A stretch of 64,000 nt of DNA from contig JAUWCJ010000002.1 in the NCBI GenBank assembly GCA_030609365.1, positions 41 through 64,040 of the forward strand, given 5' to 3'. The notes under the pieces were generated by a model. That model was not told where the DNA came from, did no database searches, and saw nothing but the letters and a program-made list of their open reading frames with translations. The stretch comes from Candidatus Eiseniibacteriota bacterium. Its GTDB lineage: Bacteria; Joyebacterota; Joyebacteria; Joyebacterales; Joyebacteraceae. Shown here in pieces: positions 9,727 to 19,946 of this stretch (its first letter is position 1; each line of letters starts with the position of its first letter). Made by a program: the position numbers and the translations under genes.

Positions 9727-10103
9727 GCACATTCTGGAGAGCCGCCTGCGGCCTTCTCCCGGCCCCCGGACTCACAGGCCCCCGAAATCCAGGCTGAGGA
9801 GGGCTGTTTTACCGGATTGCTCCCCGGCTGGCCACCTGGCGATCCCTCCGGATCCACCGTCCACATCCTGTTGGACAGGCCTGGCACGCCCATGGTTGCA
9901 ATAAGTACTCCCACAGACCGGCCACAGTGACCAAACCGGGCCCACCCAAGGGGCGGGCCCGATTCCTCATCCGGTACACCCATTATATCACACTGTGCGC
10001 CCAAGCGCAAGACCTTGAGGCTCCAGCATAGCCCGCACGGCGAACCTCCCGGCAGCTACGCCGCCCAAACTACCCAGCCTGCATCGCTCCGGTCGGTACA
10101 TGC

Positions 10104-10133
10104 CACGGGCCCGCTCACTTGAGCGGACCCGTG
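10104..10133 (-). terminator. GC-rich stem-loop downstream of the paralog-B gene (putative intrinsic terminator without a clear U-tract)
   Basis: CACGGGCCCGCTCA-ctt-TGAGCGGACCCGTG: a 13/14-bp inverted repeat with a 3-nt loop, about 55 nt past the stop at 10186. Confidence 0.4.
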
Positions 10134-10185
10134 CTACAAAATCAATTCGGTCGCATACAGCGCAGAGCCACCTTCGATGGATAGC

Positions 10186-10791
10186 CTACCTGTACAGCGA
10201 CTTGATGGCGCCCCACGTCTGCGACTCGATCGGCGTGTTCGCGTCACAGCCTTCGTCGCCGGGCTCCGCGTCCTTGCCGATCCCGCCGTGGGTCCACACG
10301 CAGAAGAGGTCATAATCCACGGGCTCGGCGCAGTTCACTACCCAACGAGCGTACTCGGGGTGATCGAGGAACGTCACGTCACCAGCGCCGCCCAGGTAGA
10401 ACAGATCCAGCGTCCCGAAGATCACCGGGTCGATGTACACCCTGCCCGCGTCGGCGTTGATGCACTCGGTCGACGCAAGCGTTATGCCTGTGTTCCAGCT
10501 GCCGATGGCCAGGTCGCCAGGAAGCAGGTTCGTGAAGGCGGGCGGCGAGCTGACGCCCTCCGTGACCGACATCATGAACGAGACACTGGTCATGCCGACA
10601 CCGATGTCCGTGATCCCCAGATACGCGGTGAAGGCCGTGTACGGATCGGGGTCGATACGACTGACTACGCTCGCGTTGTCCGGAGTCGGAGTGGTGAAGG
10701 TGACGAACACTTTCGCCCCTTCGTTCCCGGCCTGCGCGAACGCAGGCACGCAGAACGCGACCATGGCGATTGCTATCAGAACATACCTCAT
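10186..10791 (-). CDS. Secreted Cys-rich hypothetical protein, paralog B, ending ...TWGAIKSLYR
   Basis: Signal peptide MRYVLIAIAMVAFCVPAFAQA. SD GGAAGGGAG upstream. Paralog of 8168..8740 with the same C-terminal tail. Confidence 0.75.
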   Translation of the reverse strand: MRYVLIAIAMVAFCVPAFAQAGNEGAKVFVTFTTPTPDNASVVSRIDPDPYTAFTAYLGITDIGVGMTSVSFMMSVTEGVSSPPAFTNLLPGDLAIGSWNTGITLASTECINADAGRVYIDPVIFGTLDLFYLGGAGDVTFLDHPEYARWVVNCAEPVDYDLFCVWTHGGIGKDAEPGDEGCDANTPIESQTWGAIKSLYR

Positions 10792-10943
10792 CGTCTTGCT
10801 CCCTTCCGGTTACTCACACGTGATCCATTCCATGAAATCGCTCATCGTCACAACGTTCTCAGTTGGACAGTCTTCCTCACCTCCTTGGCGCAACCGTCAA
10901 CGCCCTCATTCTCAAGTCTATGTCCGGTCGGTCTTGTCAGCTG

Positions 10944-11020
10944 TGGTGGGCGAAACAGGACTCGAACCTGTGACCCCCTGCGTGTAAGGCAGGTGCTCTA
11001 ACCAGCTGAGCTATTCGCCC
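10944..11020 (-). tRNA. tRNA-Val (anticodon TAC)
   Basis: Reverse complement GGGCGAATAGCTCAGCTGGTTAGAGCACCTGCCTTACACGCAGGGGGTCACAGGTTCGAGTCCTGTTTCGCCCACCA. Acceptor GGGCGAA/TTCGCCC, anticodon loop CTTACAC (TAC), T-arm GGTTCGAGTCC, encoded CCA. Confidence 0.9.
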
Positions 11021-11216
11021 GTGTCTCGCCGGTCTTCCGCGACGGCCGTTCGTGTCTCTTCACCCCCACCATGATACCGATCGGGATGACCACGCAGTAG
11101 CCCGCGACCAGGAGAACGGGAGCCAGCGTTATCGACCCGGCGGCCAGAGACACAAAGCCGAGCGCGATGAGCACCAGACCACACGCTATGACGATCAGAT
11201 TTCTGACTCCTGACAC
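10998..11216 (-). CDS. Small hypothetical membrane protein (two predicted TM helices)
   Basis: 72-aa ORF with a GTG start; hydrophobic LIVIACGLVLIALGFVSLAAG...LAPVLLVAGYCVVIPIGIMVGV. Weak SD. Its 3' end overlaps tRNA-Val by 23 nt, so it may be spurious. Confidence 0.3.
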   Translation of the reverse strand: MSGVRNLIVIACGLVLIALGFVSLAAGSITLAPVLLVAGYCVVIPIGIMVGVKRHERPSRKTGETRANSSAG

Positions 11217-11298
11217 GGTCCCTCACAGGTATAGAAAGCCCGCAGCCGATACGTTTTCCGCGTTTCGGCCACCGATGCCCGCCCGAGGCTGGACGCTA

Positions 11299-12414
11299 TC
11301 ACCCACCCCCGGGACTGTCAAGCGAAAACTCCCCGCCTGTAGGCCGTTCCTGAGCACGAGCCGCCCTGTTTCGCGCCTTTATGTGCTCATCGAAGGTCCG
11401 GGTGAATGTGTGGGTCCCGTCGCCGTTCGAGACGAAGAAGAAGTCCTCGGTGCCCGTAAGAGGATTCAGGACGGCGTCGATCGAGGCTACGCCCGGACTG
11501 CAGATGGGGCCCGGGGGCAATCCAGTGTTTCTGTAGGTGTTGTACGGCGAATCGACATCCAGGTCGCTGTAGTACACCTTCCGGCGGTACTTGCCGATCG
11601 CGTATCTCACGGTCGGGTCGGCCTCCAGCCGCCATCCGTGCTCGAGCCGGTTGTGGTAGACGGCGGCGATCCGGGGACGCTCCCGGTCGAGCATGGCCTC
11701 GGACTCCACGATGGACGCCAGCGTCAGAACTTCGAGCACGCTCATGTCGATACTGTCGGCGCGTGCCCTTCTGCGCTGGTCGAAGACGCGCCTGCTCTCA
11801 CTGACCATCTGCACGATGGCTTCACGCGCCGTCGTGCCGATCCGGAACCTGTATGTGTCAGGGTGAAGGAAGCCCTCGAGTGACGGAGCGGACACTCCCA
11901 GCTCCGCCATGAGTTCGGGGTCGTGAACGAGATCCATGAACTCGGCGGGGTCGATGTCGAGCGCGCCCTTGAGGAGCGCCGCGATCTGCGACGCGCGGTA
12001 GCCCTCGGGCACGGTCAGATGTCTCCCGGCCACCTCGCCGTACTTCAGGACGAGGATCACCTCCAGTTCTGAGAACTCGGGGCCGAACTCGTAGGTTCCC
12101 GCCTGCAGGCTCTGGGTCTGTCCCAGGAACCGAGTCGCGAGGACGAACTTGTCGGGATCGCGGACGAGTCCGATCTCCTCGAGGATTGAGGCGATGCGCC
12201 TGACGCTGGCCCCTTCCGGGATCTTGACCAGTACGCGCTCGTCCAGCTCGTGCACGGCTAAGAACCAGAAGGCCTGCGTCAGCACACCGAACACGGTGAG
12301 TGCGATCACCGACACCAGGACGAGGTCGCGCACGAACCACTTCGCCCGTATGCGGCTCCACAGTGACCTGTCCCGCGGCTCGCGCGGTGTCGCTTCAACG
12401 AACTTGCCCTTCAT
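11299..12414 (-). CDS. mltG: Endolytic murein transglycosylase MltG (YceG family)
   Basis: 371 aa. N-terminal TM segment then a YceG-like domain (…LATRFLGQTQSLQAGTYEF…YNTYRNTGLPPGPICSPG…). Sits next to ruvX, the conserved ruvX-mltG neighbourhood. Confidence 0.85.
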   Translation of the reverse strand: MKGKFVEATPREPRDRSLWSRIRAKWFVRDLVLVSVIALTVFGVLTQAFWFLAVHELDERVLVKIPEGASVRRIASILEEIGLVRDPDKFVLATRFLGQTQSLQAGTYEFGPEFSELEVILVLKYGEVAGRHLTVPEGYRASQIAALLKGALDIDPAEFMDLVHDPELMAELGVSAPSLEGFLHPDTYRFRIGTTAREAIVQMVSESRRVFDQRRRARADSIDMSVLEVLTLASIVESEAMLDRERPRIAAVYHNRLEHGWRLEADPTVRYAIGKYRRKVYYSDLDVDSPYNTYRNTGLPPGPICSPGVASIDAVLNPLTGTEDFFFVSNGDGTHTFTRTFDEHIKARNRAARAQERPTGGEFSLDSPGGG

Positions 12415-12415
12415 G

Positions 12416-13809
<1,394 letters not shown>

Positions 13810-13813
<4 letters not shown>

Positions 13814-14349
13814 TGACCGTCTCCCGCACCATCGGGCTCGGCCTCACGACCGTTGGCCGCGCCGCCGAGGAAAACGAGGCTTATGGCCAGGAGAGTTACA
13901 CCGATGGTAATCGCACTGTCGGCGACGTTGAAGGCCGGCCACCTGTAGCCGCTGCCGCCGATGTCTATGAAATCGACGACCGCTCCGATGCGGATGCGGT
14001 CGATCAGGTTCCCCACCGCCCCACCCAGGATCAGACTGAAGGCGAGTCTCTCGACTCTCCGTACCCTGGCGAGTTGCTTCGCGAGCACCGCTATCGCCAG
14101 CGCCGCAATGATGGAGACCACGATGAACCAGTTGCCGCGTCCGCGGAGCAGACCGAAGGCGCCGCCGGTGTTGGACGTTCTCGTCAGCCGGACGACCGAG
14201 CCGACAACGTCAATCGACTGGCCCATCTGCATGGCATGCACAACCACCCTCTTCACCACCTGATCCAGAGCGGTGATGACGAGGGCGGTCGAGAAGAACC
14301 ACAACTGAGCCCGGGGCGACGCTCCCCGGCTACTGCCCGAGAGACCCAT
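13810..14349 (-). CDS. lspA: Lipoprotein signal peptidase II
   Basis: ATG at 14349 (MGLSGSS…). LspA motifs ...NTGGAFG...FNVADSAI.... The ORF-track N-terminal extension is Arg-rich shadow sequence. The ileS-lspA arrangement is conserved. Confidence 0.85.
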
Positions 14350-14713
14350 TCTCCTCAGCCTTCTTACATTCGATGCACAGACGCGCGTGAGGTACGACCT
14401 CCAGCCGGGCCTTCTTGATCTTCGTCCCGCAGGCACAGCAGACGCCGTACGTCCCGCCCTTGAGACGCGCCAGGGCCTCGTCGATGTGGTAGAGCAACCT
14501 GCCCTCAGACGAGGCCATGTGATACGCCTTCTCCCGCTCTTCCGCGTCACTGGCCTGGTCGGCCATATGGACGGAGTAGGCGGACAGGTCACCCGCCGCG
14601 TCGCGTTGGGAGTCACTGAAGATCTTGTCCTCGAAGTAGCCGAGCTCCTTCAGAAGCTTCAGGCGCTCTTCGATCAGTCTCTCTTCAAAGTGCTGGGTAT
14701 CCTTCTTGTTCAA
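14330..14713 (-). CDS. DksA/TraR-family C4-type zinc-finger protein
   Basis: 127 aa with CCACGTKI…CIEC (CxxC-x17-CxxC) and a coiled-coil N-region. Confidence 0.8.
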   Translation of the reverse strand: MNKKDTQHFEERLIEERLKLLKELGYFEDKIFSDSQRDAAGDLSAYSVHMADQASDAEEREKAYHMASSEGRLLYHIDEALARLKGGTYGVCCACGTKIKKARLEVVPHARLCIECKKAEENGSLGQ

Positions 14714-14742
14714 CTGTCACCTCCGGCATACGAACTCCGGGA

Positions 14743-17700
14743 TCACCCCGAGCTGCCACGTTCGACTCGCTCGACGGCAATCCGTGCCAACTCGCCGTTC
14801 ACGTCCCACTCCTTCTCGAACTCCCCCGCTCCCGCTCCCTCCGTGATGCTAACGGCAAGTGTCTCCGCGGCAACTCGGGACAGGAAGCGCTCCATTGCTG
14901 CCTTCAGTCTGTCGCCGGCCTCGTACGTGACGTTGATCCTGTCCGTCACGTCGAAGCCCGCTTCCTTGCGCATGAACTGGATCTTGTTGATCATCTCGCG
15001 GGCAAACCCCTCGTCCACGAGATCGTCCGTGAGTGTGGTGTCGAGCGCGGCCGCAAGCGTACCGTCGCTCTGTACCGCGAACCCCTCTCGCCCCTTCGTA
15101 CCTATCTCAACGTCGTCCGGCTCGACGACAGCCGCGTCGTCACCGACGCTGACACTGACGTTCTCTCCTGCCGAGAGCCTCGCCACGTCGTCCGCCGGCA
15201 TGCTGCGGATCGCCTCCGCAACCTGGTTGACGTTCTTCCCGTGCTTCGGGCCGAGCGCCGGGAAGATGGGCGAAGCCGTGAGACTCGTCAGCTCCTCGGC
15301 GACCGCCCATTCCATCTCCTTGACGTTCAGCTCCGCCAGAACAAGTTCGCCAAGCGCGATCACGCCGGCGCGGTCGGCCTCCGCAACACCGGCAACCAGG
15401 AGTCTGCCGAGTGGCTGACGGATCTTGATGTTCGACACGTTCCTGGCGGCGCGCCCCAGCACGACCACCGAGCGCGCGATGTCCATCGACGACTCGAGTT
15501 CGCTGTCGATGGCGGATGGCTCCGACTCCGGGAACGCGCACATGTGCACGCTCGAAGGCAGGTCGCCACCTCCGCCGCCGCGCAACCGGCCGTAGATGGC
15601 TTCGGACAGGAAGGGCGCGACCGGCGCCATCGCCGTCATCGTGGCAAGCAGCACCTCGCGCAGCGTCGAATAGGCGGCCTTCTTGTCCTCGTCCATCTCG
15701 CCCCTCCAGAACCTGGCGCGCGACAGACGCACGTACCAGTTGGAGAGGTCCTCAAGGACGAACTGCTGCAGCTTCCTGACCGCCTTCGTGATGTCGTAGC
15801 CTTCCATGTCGGCGGTGACAGCGGCGATCGTTGAGTTACAGCGTGAGACTACCCACCTGTCGATGGTCGGCCTGTCCGCAAGAGGAGCGAAGTGCTCCTC
15901 CGGGTCGTAGCCGTCTATGTTCGCGTAGAGCGCGAAGAAACCGTACGTGTTCCTGAGCGTGTCGAGCACCTTGCTCGCCACTTCCTTGACGCCGCCCACG
16001 TCGAACCTTGTCGGGACCCACGGCGGACTCGTCGACATCAGATACCAGCGGAGCGCGTCGGCGCCCTGTTCCGCCATGATCTCAAAGCTGTCGACGGTGT
16101 TGCCGACCGACTTGCTCATCTTCTTGCCGTGCTCGTCCAGGATCATGTCGTTGACGACGCAACGCTTGAAGGACGACGTCCCGGATATGATGGTCGAGAT
16201 CGCCAGCAGCGAGTAGAACCATCCCCTGGTCTGGTCGACGCCCTCCGCAATGAAGTCCGCCGGGAAGCTCCGTTCGAACTGCTCCACATTCTCGAAGGGC
16301 CAGTGCCACTGCGCGTACGGCATGCTGCCGGTGTCGAACCAGCAGTCTATGACCTCCGGCGTGCGCGTCATTACGCCCCCGCACTCGCCGCACGTGAGCT
16401 TCACATCGTCGACGGAGGGCTTGTGAAGGTCGACCTCGTCGGGAACCGTGCTCCCGCCGCGCTCGCGTAGCTCCGCGATGCTGCCGATGGCGTCCTGCTG
16501 CTCGCACTTCTCGCAGATCCAGATGTTCAGAGGCGTGCCCCAGTAGCGGTCGCGCGAAACGGCCCAGTCGACGTTGTTCTCGAGCCAGTCGCCGAGCCTG
16601 TTGGCGCCGATCTCCTTGGGATGCCACTTGATCTTTGCGTTATTCTCGATCATCTCACTCTTGAACTGCGTCGTCCGCACGTACCACGAATGCCGCGCGT
16701 AGTACACGAGCGGCGAGTCGCACCGCCAGCAGAACGGATAGGTGTGCGTGATGGTGGCGCTCTTGTAGAGGAGGCCGCGCTTCTCCAGGTCCTCGGTGAT
16801 GAGCGGGTCGGCGTCCTTGATGAACATCCCGGCCCACGGCTTCACATCGGACGTGAAGCTGCCCGTGTCGTCGACGGGCTGGACGAATGGCAGGTCGTGC
16901 TCGACGCCAACGCGGTAGTCGTCCTCGCCGAAGGCCGGCGCCGTGTGGACGATGCCCGTGCCGTCCTCAAGCGTGACGAAGTCCCCGCCGATCACGCACC
17001 AGGCCTTCTTGTCGACCGGAACGTATGTGTAGAGCGGCTCGTACTCCTTGCCGATGAGGTCGAGGCCCATGTAGCTCTCCAGGATCTCATACTCCTCTTC
17101 CAGCACGGACAGGAGCGCCTCGGCCAGTATGAGGTTCTCGCCCCCCGACTTCACCTTGACGTAGCTCTCGGTGGGCGCGACGGCAAGCGCCACGTTGGAT
17201 ATCAGCGTCCAGGGCGTCGTCGTCCACACGAGGAAGGACGTGTCCGGGTCTTCCTTGAGCTTCATCCTGATGAAGACCGACGGATCGACCGCGTCCCTGT
17301 AGCCTTGGGCGACCTCGTGGCTCGACAGCGGCGTCCCGCAGCGCGGGCAGTACGGCAGGATCTTGTGACCCTTGTAGATGAGGTCGCGGTCCCACATCAG
17401 CTTGAGGATGTGCCAGACGGATTCTACGTAGTCGTTGGTGCACGTGACGTAAGGGTCGGACATGTCGACCCAGTAGCCCATGCGGCGGGTCAGCTGCTCC
17501 CACTCGTCCTTGTACGTGAACACGCTGTGCAGGCACTTCTCGGTGAACTCGGCGACGCCGTACTTCTCGATGTCTTCCTTGCTCTCGAGGTTGAGCTGCT
17601 TCTCGACCCCGATCTCGACCGGCAGGCCGTGCGTGTCCCACCCGGCCTTCCGCTCGACGAGGAAACCCCTCATCGTCTTGTAGCGGCAGATGGCGTCCTT

Positions 17701-17895
17701 CACGGTGCGCGCGAGCACGTGATGCGTTCCCGGATGGCCGTTCGCCGTGGGAGGACCCTCGAAGAAGACGAACCTCGGGGCCTCCGCACGCTCGTCCGTG
17801 CTCCTCCGGAACGTATCGTCACTGTCCCAGAACTCGAGGACTTCCTGCTCGATGTCCGGTAGCGACTGGCTCTTCTGTAGTTCCCTGAAGCTCAT
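14743..17895 (-). CDS. ileS: Isoleucine--tRNA ligase
   Basis: ATG at 17895 with AAGAGGAGAAC upstream. Class I aaRS signature HMGHAL-equivalent (GTHHVLARTVKD), KMSKS (KMSKSVGN), an editing domain and a C-terminal Zn-binding CxxC pair. Confidence 0.9.
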   Translation of the reverse strand: MSFRELQKSQSLPDIEQEVLEFWDSDDTFRRSTDERAEAPRFVFFEGPPTANGHPGTHHVLARTVKDAICRYKTMRGFLVERKAGWDTHGLPVEIGVEKQLNLESKEDIEKYGVAEFTEKCLHSVFTYKDEWEQLTRRMGYWVDMSDPYVTCTNDYVESVWHILKLMWDRDLIYKGHKILPYCPRCGTPLSSHEVAQGYRDAVDPSVFIRMKLKEDPDTSFLVWTTTPWTLISNVALAVAPTESYVKVKSGGENLILAEALLSVLEEEYEILESYMGLDLIGKEYEPLYTYVPVDKKAWCVIGGDFVTLEDGTGIVHTAPAFGEDDYRVGVEHDLPFVQPVDDTGSFTSDVKPWAGMFIKDADPLITEDLEKRGLLYKSATITHTYPFCWRCDSPLVYYARHSWYVRTTQFKSEMIENNAKIKWHPKEIGANRLGDWLENNVDWAVSRDRYWGTPLNIWICEKCEQQDAIGSIAELRERGGSTVPDEVDLHKPSVDDVKLTCGECGGVMTRTPEVIDCWFDTGSMPYAQWHWPFENVEQFERSFPADFIAEGVDQTRGWFYSLLAISTIISGTSSFKRCVVNDMILDEHGKKMSKSVGNTVDSFEIMAEQGADALRWYLMSTSPPWVPTRFDVGGVKEVASKVLDTLRNTYGFFALYANIDGYDPEEHFAPLADRPTIDRWVVSRCNSTIAAVTADMEGYDITKAVRKLQQFVLEDLSNWYVRLSRARFWRGEMDEDKKAAYSTLREVLLATMTAMAPVAPFLSEAIYGRLRGGGGGDLPSSVHMCAFPESEPSAIDSELESSMDIARSVVVLGRAARNVSNIKIRQPLGRLLVAGVAEADRAGVIALGELVLAELNVKEMEWAVAEELTSLTASPIFPALGPKHGKNVNQVAEAIRSMPADDVARLSAGENVSVSVGDDAAVVEPDDVEIGTKGREGFAVQSDGTLAAALDTTLTDDLVDEGFAREMINKIQFMRKEAGFDVTDRINVTYEAGDRLKAAMERFLSRVAAETLAVSITEGAGAGEFEKEWDVNGELARIAVERVERGSSG

Positions 17896-17954
17896 GTTCT
17901 CCTCTTGCGTCGCCCCCGCGCCGTGTGCCAACGCGTTGTGCGTCAACGCGGTCC

Positions 17955-18020
17955 CCTGGGCGCGTGGCCCTAGGCGCGTGGCCCTGGGCGCGTGGCCCTA
18001 GGCGCGTGGCCCTGGGCGCG
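17955..18020. repeat. Tandem repeat, 14-nt unit GCGCGTGGCCCT(A/G)G x ~4.4, in the ileS 5' leader
   Basis: Copies at 17960, 17974, 17988 and 18002, alternating TAG/TGG. Next to a 7-bp hairpin CAACGCG-ttgtg-CGTCAACGCG (17929-17950), between the PNP stop and the ileS start. Confidence 0.8.
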
Positions 18021-18022
18021 TT

Positions 18023-18853
18023 CTACATCTCTTTGATCAGGCGGAAGACCAGCTGGGTCAGCTTCGGCTCGGCGCCGGCGGCGACCTTGAGTATCTCCTC
18101 GTGGCTCGCGGGCTTGAGAGCGTCCGCCAGGCATATGTCGGTGATCACGGCCAGACCCACAACTCGCATCCCACCGTGTATGGCCACGATGTTCTCGGCG
18201 ACCATCGACATGCTGACGACGTCCCCGCCGATGGTGGTCAGGTAGCGGTACTCCGCCGCCGTCTCGAGGTTCGGTCCGGCCACGCCCACGAAGACACCCT
18301 TCCTCAGGCGGATCTTCTCGTCGAGTGCGATGTCCTCAGCGAGTCGGACGAACTCACGGTCATAGGGCTGCGACATATCGGGGAAACGGGGTCCCAGCGA
18401 CTCGTCGTTGGGGCCGATGAGCGGGTTGTCGCCCGTCAGGTTGATCTGGTCGACGATGGCGACGATGTCGCCCTTCTCGTAGAGCGGGTTCATACCGCCC
18501 GAGGCGCAGGTCAGGATGAGCTTCCCCGCGCCCAGCGCGCGCAGCACGCGGGTCGGGAAGGTCACCTCCTGCATCGTGTAGCCTTCGTAGTAGTGGACGC
18601 GCCCGTTCATCAGCGCCACGGGCTTGCCGCTGACGGTCCCGAGCACCAGCTCGCCGGCGTGGCCCGCAACCCCCGACTGAGGGAAGTGCGGGATGTCACC
18701 GAACGGAATGGTGGCGTCCTCTTCCATGCGGCTCGAGAGATTGCCCAGACCGCTCCCCAGAACAACGGCGACCTCGGGCACGACCGCGGACTGCTTGCGT
18801 ATGAACGCGACGGCCTCGTCTATCTTCTGTGTCAGCTTGAGTGTGTCTGCCAT
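18023..18853 (-). CDS. Purine nucleoside phosphorylase (PNP/MTAP family I, trimeric PunA-like)
   Basis: 276 aa; VLGSGLG phosphate-binding motif and family-wide similarity. Confidence 0.85.
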   Translation of the reverse strand: MADTLKLTQKIDEAVAFIRKQSAVVPEVAVVLGSGLGNLSSRMEEDATIPFGDIPHFPQSGVAGHAGELVLGTVSGKPVALMNGRVHYYEGYTMQEVTFPTRVLRALGAGKLILTCASGGMNPLYEKGDIVAIVDQINLTGDNPLIGPNDESLGPRFPDMSQPYDREFVRLAEDIALDEKIRLRKGVFVGVAGPNLETAAEYRYLTTIGGDVVSMSMVAENIVAIHGGMRVVGLAVITDICLADALKPASHEEILKVAAGAEPKLTQLVFRLIKEM

Positions 18854-18951
18854 GAGTTTCTCGGTCCTCCGGTATTGGTTACGTTCTTATTGCCCGCGCC
18901 GCTGGTTGCACGGCGCCGCGCGGCGCCGTCCGCTCCTACGCCTGCCCGCGT

Positions 18952-19254
18952 CTACTTGAGGCGAGCTGCCAGCTGGTAGAGCGTCGCCACCAGGAACCTC
19001 TGAATGAAGTAGATGGCGAAGAACGCCAGCATCGGCGAAAGATCGAATCCTCCCTGAACGACGAAAGGCAGCTTCCTCCTGAGCCAGGCCAGGAGCGGGT
19101 GCGTTATCTGCCTCAGGAACATCACTGCCGGGTGCACGGATCGCGGCGCAAACCACGAGACGATCACCACGACAAAAAGCGCTATCATATAGAGGAGCAG
19201 CGCGATGTCGATAATGGTAGCGATGGCGCCTATGAGATTGCCAACTGCGAACAT
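18952..19254 (-). CDS. yggT: YggT-family membrane protein
   Basis: 100 aa, hydrophobic, YggT pattern; immediately downstream of yggS. Confidence 0.8.
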   Translation of the reverse strand: MFAVGNLIGAIATIIDIALLLYMIALFVVVIVSWFAPRSVHPAVMFLRQITHPLLAWLRRKLPFVVQGGFDLSPMLAFFAIYFIQRFLVATLYQLAARLK

Positions 19255-19259
19255 GGTCT

Positions 19260-19946
19260 CTATCCCCGCTCCCCGAAGATCGCTCTGCCTACCCGCACGA
19301 TCGTGGCGCCTTCCTCGATGGCCACCTCAAAGTCGTTGGTCATGCCCATCGAGAGGTGATCCATCGAGACGCCCGGGATAACGCTCTCCTCTATGATGTT
19401 TCTCAGCTCCCGAAGTCGCCTGAAGCACGGGCGGACGTCCTCGGGGTCCGGCAGGAACGCACCGATAGTCATTAGCCCAAGGATCCGAAGCCCCGGCAGG
19501 TCGGCCATCCCCTCGATGGCCTCGACCGTCTCATCGGGCTCAAGCCCGAACTTCGTCTCCTCGCCGGACGTGTTCACTTCGACCAGCACGTCGATCTCAC
19601 TGCCTGTCGACTCGCAGGCGGTGGAGATCTCGCGCGCCAGCCGGATGCTGTCCACCGACTGGATCATATCGAAGAGCGGCAGCGCCTTCCTGACCTTGTT
19701 GGTCTGAAGATGCCCCACCAGGTGCTTCTCGACGGGTGGAAGCTCGTCTGTGAACTTCCGCTCAGCCTCCTGAACCCGGTTCTCTCCGATGCAGGTGGCC
19801 CCCGCCTCGATGGCCTCGACGATGCGAGCCGGCTCTACCGTCTTCGTGACGGTCACCAGCTTGACGTCACCCGGGTCTCTGAACGCCCGGGACGCTGCGG
19901 CTTCGATGCGGCCGAGGACCTCCCTGACGTTGTCGGCGATGGCCAT
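19260..19946 (-). CDS. yggS: YggS-family pyridoxal-phosphate homeostasis protein (alanine racemase N-domain fold)
   Basis: 228 aa; LVTVTKT...GENRVQE...LQTNK... conserved blocks. Confidence 0.85.
   Translation of the reverse strand: MAIADNVREVLGRIEAAASRAFRDPGDVKLVTVTKTVEPARIVEAIEAGATCIGENRVQEAERKFTDELPPVEKHLVGHLQTNKVRKALPLFDMIQSVDSIRLAREISTACESTGSEIDVLVEVNTSGEETKFGLEPDETVEAIEGMADLPGLRILGLMTIGAFLPDPEDVRPCFRRLRELRNIIEESVIPGVSMDHLSMGMTNDFEVAIEEGATIVRVGRAIFGERG

Noticed and set aside
9535-10185. Looked for RNase P RNA (GGAAAGTCCGGGCTCC / ACAGAACCCGGCTTA), tmRNA (tRNA-Ala-like ends, ANDENYALAA-type tag) and SRP RNA (GGAAGGAAGCAGC helix-8) signatures in the long intergenic region
   Set aside because: None of the conserved cores is present on either strand. 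'CTGTTTTACCGG' superficially resembles part of 4.5S RNA but the helix-8 motif is absent.
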